Shown in pieces: positions 56,533 to 64,000 of a DNA stretch of 64,000 nucleotides. Under the pieces are notes generated by a model. It was not told the DNA's origin and ran no database searches. It saw only the letters and a program-made list of their open reading frames with translations. Each line of letters opens with the position of its first letter. The stretch's first letter is position 1. This DNA comes from Octopus vulgaris (taxonomy: Eukaryota). Both the position numbers and the translations under genes were made by a program. Where the stretch lies: positions 33,418,001 to 33,482,000 of the forward strand of contig OX597818.1 in the NCBI GenBank assembly GCA_951406725.2. The letters are read 5' to 3'.

Positions 56533-56560
56533 TGATGATGATGATGATGATAATAATAAT
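56230..56560. repeat. Compound (TAC)(GAC)(TAA)(GAT) trinucleotide array
   Basis: Direct reading. Confidence 0.95.
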
Positions 56561-56877
56561 GGTTTCAAATAGTTGTTGCTGAGTTTTCTGTATTATACGT
56601 ATTTTACCGATTATTATATGAATGTTATATAAATATGATCCAACAATGACAAGCAGAAGAAGAAGAAGAAGAAGTCCAGAGAGGTGTCTGTACAGCTCCA
56701 GAGGCACCTTAAAATAATGGACGGTAACATTCAGATTTCCCCACAGTGGCTCCTAAGTGAAAACCCAATGAATTATGAAGTGCCTTCCTCCACCTTACTC
56801 TTTCCACACACATACGCACAAACGTACATATACACTGAAATGTGTATGTATGTTTATACATATATATATATATAGAC

Positions 56878-56941
<64 letters not shown>

Positions 56942-56963
56942 TGCTAGATACGTACATACACAG

Positions 56964-57019
<56 letters not shown>

Positions 57020-57020
57020 C

Positions 57021-57155
57021 ATATACTGTTGTGTCTGGGGAGAGTCATTTATTTGGTGCCTTAGAATGTAACACACTCACCGGTAAAATTTCCACTTATT
57101 TCATATTTTTATTCCCCGAAAAAGAAAATGACTCTCCCCAGACACAACAGAATAT
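57021..57155. repeat. Inverted repeat, 30-bp arms
   Basis: atactgttgtgtctggggagagtcattt / aaatgactctccccagacacaacagaat. Confidence 0.88.
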
Positions 57156-57217
57156 ATTTCAACACACGAACTCATATAAAGAATCTTGCAAACCAAATCC
57201 CAAAACAAAATACACAT

Positions 57218-57266
<49 letters not shown>

Positions 57267-57354
57267 CATATACATATACACACATATTTATATGTTTATA
57301 TAAATATATATATATACATACATATATGTATATATAAATACGCAAACGGATATT

Positions 57355-57398
<44 letters not shown>

Positions 57399-57599
57399 AA
57401 TGTATATGTAAATATATACACACACACATAGATACACACATACATACATACACACATACATACATACATACATACATACATACATACATACATACATCCC
57501 TACCTATATATTCCGACAGAGAGAGGCATTCATACACATATGGGAAGGGAAATATTGAATTAGCGTAAAATATTAATTGCACTGTAATAGAATTAAAAA

Positions 57600-59420
57600 T
57601 TTAATTTTAGAACTTCAAGAGGATACAATCTTGCAAACATTCCAAAGATATATATTGAAAGGGAGACGGAAAAAATACAACTATTATATCTTCTGCAATA
57701 TCAAGAAGAAATTCACCGAGGAATATTGCTGAATATATCTAAAAATGCATAGTAGGATCCTGTAGAAAAACGTTACACACGCCCAGTCATAAAAGGGAGA
57801 AAGGAAGGCGGAGTGAAATAGATAAAAGAAGAGACGTAAAATGAAAATTGGTTAACAAAATAATATAAGATATCGTGTGTATCTAGAGAATGATATCAAC
57901 AGCAGAGTTATGAATTTCAAACCATGAAGATAAAAGACAAGTAAAAAAAGCGTCTACAGTACTTGTGATGCGTTGAGTAAAAAAAAGCAATTCAATAACA
58001 AATACTGCAGAAGATTTCGTATCAGTTATGATAATAACAAGAAAATATCAAGTGGAGATGATGTTATCAACGACACAGACGGCAATGTTCTTCATGTAGG
58101 GAACGATATATATGGAATATAGTAAGAATAACGGTATAAATTACACAAAAAATATGCAAGTTTTAATCAGATAGAAATTTATCAAAATTATCAGTCCAAA
58201 TTATATTACAAAAGGGAACTTCTAATAGTAATCTCTGAAGTTTACAAAGCAACTACGAAATATCTTTAAAAATACGTATATGAAACAGATAACACAGCAT
58301 TAAACTTTGAAAAAAAAAAGAAGTGAAATATATCTAAAACTGTTACATTCTATGTGCAAAAAATATGAAAATATGGACAACTCAAAATCTCTATACTGAA
58401 TCAATTTTCATTCACTTTCTTTATATAATGACACAATGCTATGTAAACACAACGGAGAAACGGTACCGATAAATCATAATGGTAAAACCTATCTGAGATC
58501 ATTACTGATAGAATTCAAATCAAATATGGAACTGAAATAAGAGAGAAATTATCGGATTTAGAACGAGATTTGTTATTGTTAGTTTTTAAAAAAAGTTTTC
58601 TTAAAATAAGAGAGTGCAATTAAGAATTATCAATTGTGTTTCAATGACTCTCAAAAAGCATCTGACAAAATTATGAAATCAAATTATGGAAATTGATAAC
58701 AGAAAAGACATTCCTTCAACATGTAATAGAAATTTTAAAATCATTTTGTTCCCAAAAATGTGCAACTGATGAAACTGAGGTGAACTTTACAGTGTGGTTT
58801 GAATTAGAGGTGCAGGTGCATGACAAATATCCCTCCTTTGCCTTTCTCTATTCGGTATCTCTTTAACAATAAAGATGACGGTACCTCTAGTGTCTCTTAA
58901 ATGTGTAGTTAAAATCGGTTGAATACTCGTTGTTAATCTCAGATACACCGATGCTTCTCTCCTTATTGTTGGTAGCTTAGAAGAAGTGACGGTTATAAAG
59001 TAGAAAGTGAAAGAAAATGTAAGGAATAAGATTTATTACATTTGATAAAAGTGAATCAATGATTAGCTCAGGAACCTACGGCGAAGCTAATCCAACAAAG
59101 CACAAGAGCCAAACAACCCAAGATATGATGGGTTTTTGCTATCTTCGAGATATTAGAAATCGATGCGATAACAAAAAGAAATTAAGTGCACAGTCTGCAT
59201 TTATCGTTTTAAATCGCAGTTGAAAATGTAAATCAATAAGTCCAAAGGCCAAGTAGAAAATGCTGCACAGTTTGATATTTTCAATAATATAGAAATATCA
59301 AAGTGTGCAGTAATTTCAGTTGAATGATGGGCTCTTAAAAACGTTCATAGAAAAAAAAAAAAAAGCTTCTAAGCTTGGTGTTAAGCAAAATTGTTAAAAA
59401 TTAAGTGAAGAATTAAGTGA
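57600..59420 (+). mobile_element. Highly decayed RTE-like LINE RT region
   Basis: Residual motifs F.DSQKASDK (~58640; F.D..KAFD) and VNLRYTDA (~58932; NLRYADD); A-rich sense strand; many stops. Confidence 0.55.
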
Positions 59421-59443
59421 CAAACTACAAATCACTGCACATG

Positions 59444-59476
<33 letters not shown>

Positions 59477-61546
59477 CTGCGTGTGTATAATAAATAATTT
59501 GGACAAATAAGTATAGGTTGACTAGTGTGTGAGTGCGTGTGTGTGTATATATATCTCATTCCCCGGCATAAAAGTCGAGTAATATATAGTGTAAACATGC
59601 TATGTAAACATTCAAACAACGCCAATATCTTTCCATATGCTACTGAATATCACATGGAATTTTTGGTGCTATAAAGCCTCATATTTTGCTGAAAATTTTG
59701 ATCTGAAAAATTTGCCTTGCAAGCTGGAAAACACGGTACACACATACATGCATGGAAGACATCACACGCGTGATCCGCAGCAGCTCAAAATGTACTCTCA
59801 ATGTACAACTTCCCAGTGCGATACGATGTTGTTACTAAAATAATATTATAATAATAATAATAATGAAATTATTGTATACAGCGCTCAGGTGCACCACAAC
59901 CTGTCAAAAGTGCGTATAAAGCATAAGCAGTAATGTACAAATGTCTGGAATGTGAACAGTGTATGAGTCAGATACATGCTTGCGTGTGTGTGGAGGGGAG
60001 AAAATCAGGTGTAGTGTTAGCAAATCTCAGGAAGCATGGAAGTTTTGAAGGATGCAGTGCTCCGAAAGACTGTCCTTTTATAAATATAGAGATTCTCACC
60101 TCTTATAAAATGCATGATAAAGCATCAACACGAAGAATATTGGTGGAACATTTCCATCATACCTCCTACCAAGTGTCAACATAACAGGCTGTATATTGTC
60201 ATAGAGGTCGGCAGCTCTTAATATGTGAACATCTCTTCGAAAAACAAGGAAAAGAGGACAACTACGGGCAACATCTCCCGAAATCTTCAGCTTCTGTACC
60301 AAGATTATAAATTTCCATTTATATCAATACTAATTCGTAGATCTGGTTTTGTGAGTAAATGCCTGACTCTCCAAAAGAAATGATATCAACCAGCTAACAC
60401 GCACATTACAAACACAATCTCTAAATGGAACAGTAAAAATATGCATTTCTCCAGTTCAAAATATGATATTGATTTTCTTATCTAGATTCCAATGATAGGG
60501 CTTTAGTATCTTTAGTAGAAACAAGGTCCTTCCTTTCAGGAATATTTCAAATAACTAAAAATAGAAGAAAACATAGCTAGTAGCAAATCATTCCACTTGG
60601 AAGATTTATTGCCACTTCAAGATTCCAGATATATTACATAGCCAATCCACAAACTAATTCTACATATACTATGCCATAATTTATACCAGAAGCATGAAAT
60701 GAAAACACAAGAAGCTGTCAAAATTTATAGAAACGGTTTGCAAATGATCTCTCCTCGCTTTAAGAATTTAACACAGCTTCAATTAACTCGACATGATAGT
60801 GAAGAATTAAAAAGTAAAACCTTCCGTATAAACCTAAATATAACAAAAATTAAACACTAACTCATGAATTGCTACCATTCATATACTGGCATTTGTACAC
60901 TCGCACAAACACATCTTCACTATCATAAACTGAGTGATTCTCTACCATATATGGTTATCTATACACCACCTAGATCTAAATTATTTCTAAAATATGTATA
61001 GTCATATCGTAAGCGCTACATATCTCTAAGCATAGCTGCTAATTATCTCCATTTTCCTTGGCCATTCATTCAATTCTATCGCTAGAGATATTTCCGTATA
61101 TTTCTTCTTTTCTTCCAATTACTTAATACATATATCAGCTTCAAAGTCTAACATGCTTTTCGTTCGTGAAGATAAACAACCCTTTTCAAATTTCTGTAAA
61201 TATTACTGGAACACTGTTTATTGAAAAATATATATTCATTCATTTTGTCTCCATATTTATATATTATAATTACATTTGTCATATTCTCAATACACTTCGT
61301 TTCAAATAAATATTTCTTTATTTCTTTACATGTCAATAGTAGGAAAACCTTTCTGTTCAGTCAAAATATTAGCTAAACCCCGTATTTATTTGCGGTTACA
61401 TTTGTTTAATTCTTAAAGAACTACTCACAGATGTATGATTGCAACCTGTGTTGGATGTTTACGTGTTGAAAGACAGAACAATCTTCCTGAAAATATTCAC
61501 GGTCTAAAAATAAGTATGATAGTGTGTATCACGAAACCTTCGTGAG

Positions 61547-61663
<117 letters not shown>

Positions 61664-62374
61664 TTTGTACCCACGTATTACTGTTTCGACGAATATAAAC
61701 TTTGTGTTTTAAATAATATACTTATGCAGAATTACTAAGATTATCTACAAACAAAATTGTTTCTTTCCCGAGCACTCCCGCATATTATTGCTGCCTTAGT
61801 ATAAAATCACAAATACTTCGTCAACGACAATAATCCACGAAACTTTATATAAAGTTCCTGTTTCTCATTATACGTGCACACAGCACTCTAGCTGACTAGG
61901 CAGCAACTACGACAAAGATCATGGGATCAATGGATCTACAGAAAACGTAGCAGGAGTAGAAAGAAGAGTATTTTATATCAGTTTGTGTATGTAAGATTCT
62001 CTTTAGATGTTATGTTCGTTCACAACTCAATCTTAATTACTATTCATATATTAAAAGAATGGTTGAAAGAAAAAGCATTGTATACTGGTATATGGTAAGT
62101 CAATAAACCCAACGTCCTTGTCTGGATAATAATTACGTATTTGCAAAGATAGTTACAATATGGCTAAAAATGCATTTCTTTTTTGTGTTTTTTTTTACTT
62201 ACGTTGACCTGAAAGTGTCGACTGTTGATCAAATCTTGGCGGCCAGTTTTAGTTTAAAGTAATAAAGTATTCTGATCAAAGAAGCAAAAATACGTATAAA
62301 TTAAATGAATCTAAACTCATTATACACAAATTACATATTTTAAACATAGTGTTGTAGAGTTGTACAAAATATGT

Positions 62375-62408
<34 letters not shown>

Positions 62409-62409
62409 C

Positions 62410-62448
<39 letters not shown>

Positions 62449-63110
62449 TACAATGAGTGAGAGGGAGAGCCTAACGGCAATTTAAATCGAACTTCTATCT
62501 GCTTTGTCGATCTGAAATGAATGATTTACTTACATAGGAAATAAAGCATACGGCATGACAGCTGAATATTCGTTTTAACAGAGAGAATTAAATTTAATGA
62601 ATGTAAAATCATTAAATGTAAGATTAACAACAATATCAGAGACATCCGTAGATAAGGAGAATAGTATTAACATAATACAGAGTATATAAGTCAGAATTAT
62701 TTGCTCTGAAGTGTCAACTACAATATAAGTTTGATTATCACTAAGTTTTCGTATATTAAATTGTAAATACTTTACATATTTGCAATCGGTCGGCGAATAA
62801 AATTCAACACACACAAAGCACAAACACATACACACACAAACAATATACATAAAATATACATGCATACATGTATACGCACACGAACAGTCACGTATGTGTG
62901 TGCGTATGTGTACATGTATTTATCTTAATTCACCGCGAAAATTTCGTAAAATTAATCAGTAAAATGTCATAAATTTAAACGTATCGAATTGTTATCAATC
63001 AAATATATTCCCAAGCAATATTGAAAAGTATGGTTCCATTTAAGCATTTGCACGCGTCAATAAAAGTTTCTGGACATATTTATGTGTATGTATATATGTA
63101 TATACATATG

Positions 63111-63413
63111 TGGAGGCAGTTTCGATTCCCAGACCGGGCGTTGTGAGTGTTTATTGAGCAAAAACACTTAAAGATCCACGAAGATCTGGCAGGGGGTTGT
63201 GGCGAACCCTGCTGTATTCTTTCACCACGAATTTCTCTCACTCTTTCTTCCTGTTTCTGTTGTATCTGTATTTCACAGTGGTCAGTCTTGTAACGCTGCA
63301 CCTCTCCGAGAACTACGTATCTGTGGAATGCTCAGCACGTCAATTTCAAGAGCAGGCTGTTCTGTTGATTGGATTAACTGGAACCCTCGTCGTCGTAACT
63401 GACGGAGAACCGT
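63111..63413 (+). mobile_element. SINE family C with internal head deletion
   Basis: tggaggca joined to gtttcgattcccagaccgggcgttgtgagtgtttattgagc... Confidence 0.8.
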
Positions 63414-63436
63414 AATATATATATAATTATATATAT

Positions 63437-64000
63437 ATAACATAAGGGACTAAAGCCATCTGAATATGGCTAGGGACAGGGCAGGGTGGTGGGGGTGTTA
63501 CTGTTGCATTTAGCCCCAGGCGAACATCGACGTCACCAGAAAGGCTAGACACCGTCACGGTGTCCTTATCCTGCAAAGGGAGGTAATTCCCCGATGAAGC
63601 GGAAACCACACACGGATCATGGTTTCAAGGTGTATTGCCTATCGTCGGCGTGTGGTAGGCTTCCGCTTCCTCGACGAATTCTCACTCTGCAGGATATTCA
63701 TATATAGATTTTCAAGCAAAATACATTTGCTGATTTCGAAAATCTGTTCGAAAGCAATAATAATTCTCTAAAAGAGATATAGACAGTAACTGCTCGATAA
63801 CATAAGGGACTAAAGCCATCTGAATATGGCTAGGGACAGGGCAGGGTGGTGGGGGTGTTACTGTTGCATTTAGCCCCAGGCGAACATCGACGTCACCAGA
63901 AAGGCTAGACACCGTCACGGTGTCCTTATCCTGCAAAGGGAGGTAATTCCCCGATGAAGCGGAAACCACACACGGACCATGGTTTCAAGGTGTATTGCCT
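63437..64000. mobile_element. 360-bp head-to-tail repeat (retrozyme/pseudo-LTR-like), runs off the window
   Basis: cataagggac at 63441 and 63801; the copies are almost identical over ~200 bp; starts after (TA)n. Confidence 0.9.
63605..63656 (-). ncRNA. Minimal HHR, U4C variant
   Basis: cacacg CCGACGA t agg caataca cct t GAAA ccatg(a) TC cgtgtg. The second copy (63965-64000, truncated) has the perfect palindrome ACCATGGT and a GUC triplet. Confidence 0.75.

Noticed and set aside
60075-61400. Possible decayed LINE on the minus strand
   Set aside because: Composition is suggestive, but I could not read any diagnostic motif with confidence.
63427-63969. Duplicated ORF MVSASSGNYLPLQ...
   Set aside because: By-product of the 360-bp tandem repeat; short, with no recognisable domain.

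Overview
AT-rich eukaryotic non-coding DNA saturated with microsatellites ((TA)n, (CA)n, (GATA)n, (TACA)n, (TAA)n, (CAT)n). The repeat repertoire resembles an Octopus (coleoid cephalopod) genome; this is recognition, not a database result. I find no host protein-coding exon, and most ORFs in the track are microsatellite translation artefacts. Recognisable elements are three tRNA-derived SINE families, one near-full-length and one internally deleted mariner, decayed RTE, CR1-like and R4/Dong-like LINE pieces, and a Penelope-like (PLE) RT remnant. The main signal is about 10 loci carrying minimal type I hammerhead ribozyme (HHR) folds, mostly inside tandem or fold-back repeats next to (TA)n tracts. 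Two loci are head-to-tail 365-bp and 360-bp monomers, each delimited by an HHR (retrozyme/PLE pseudo-LTR-like, predicted to release ~360-nt RNAs). Their cores carry the C3:G8 tertiary pair as C:G, U:A and G:C, plus a recurrent U4C change. All folds were read by eye, and ribozyme activity is untested.
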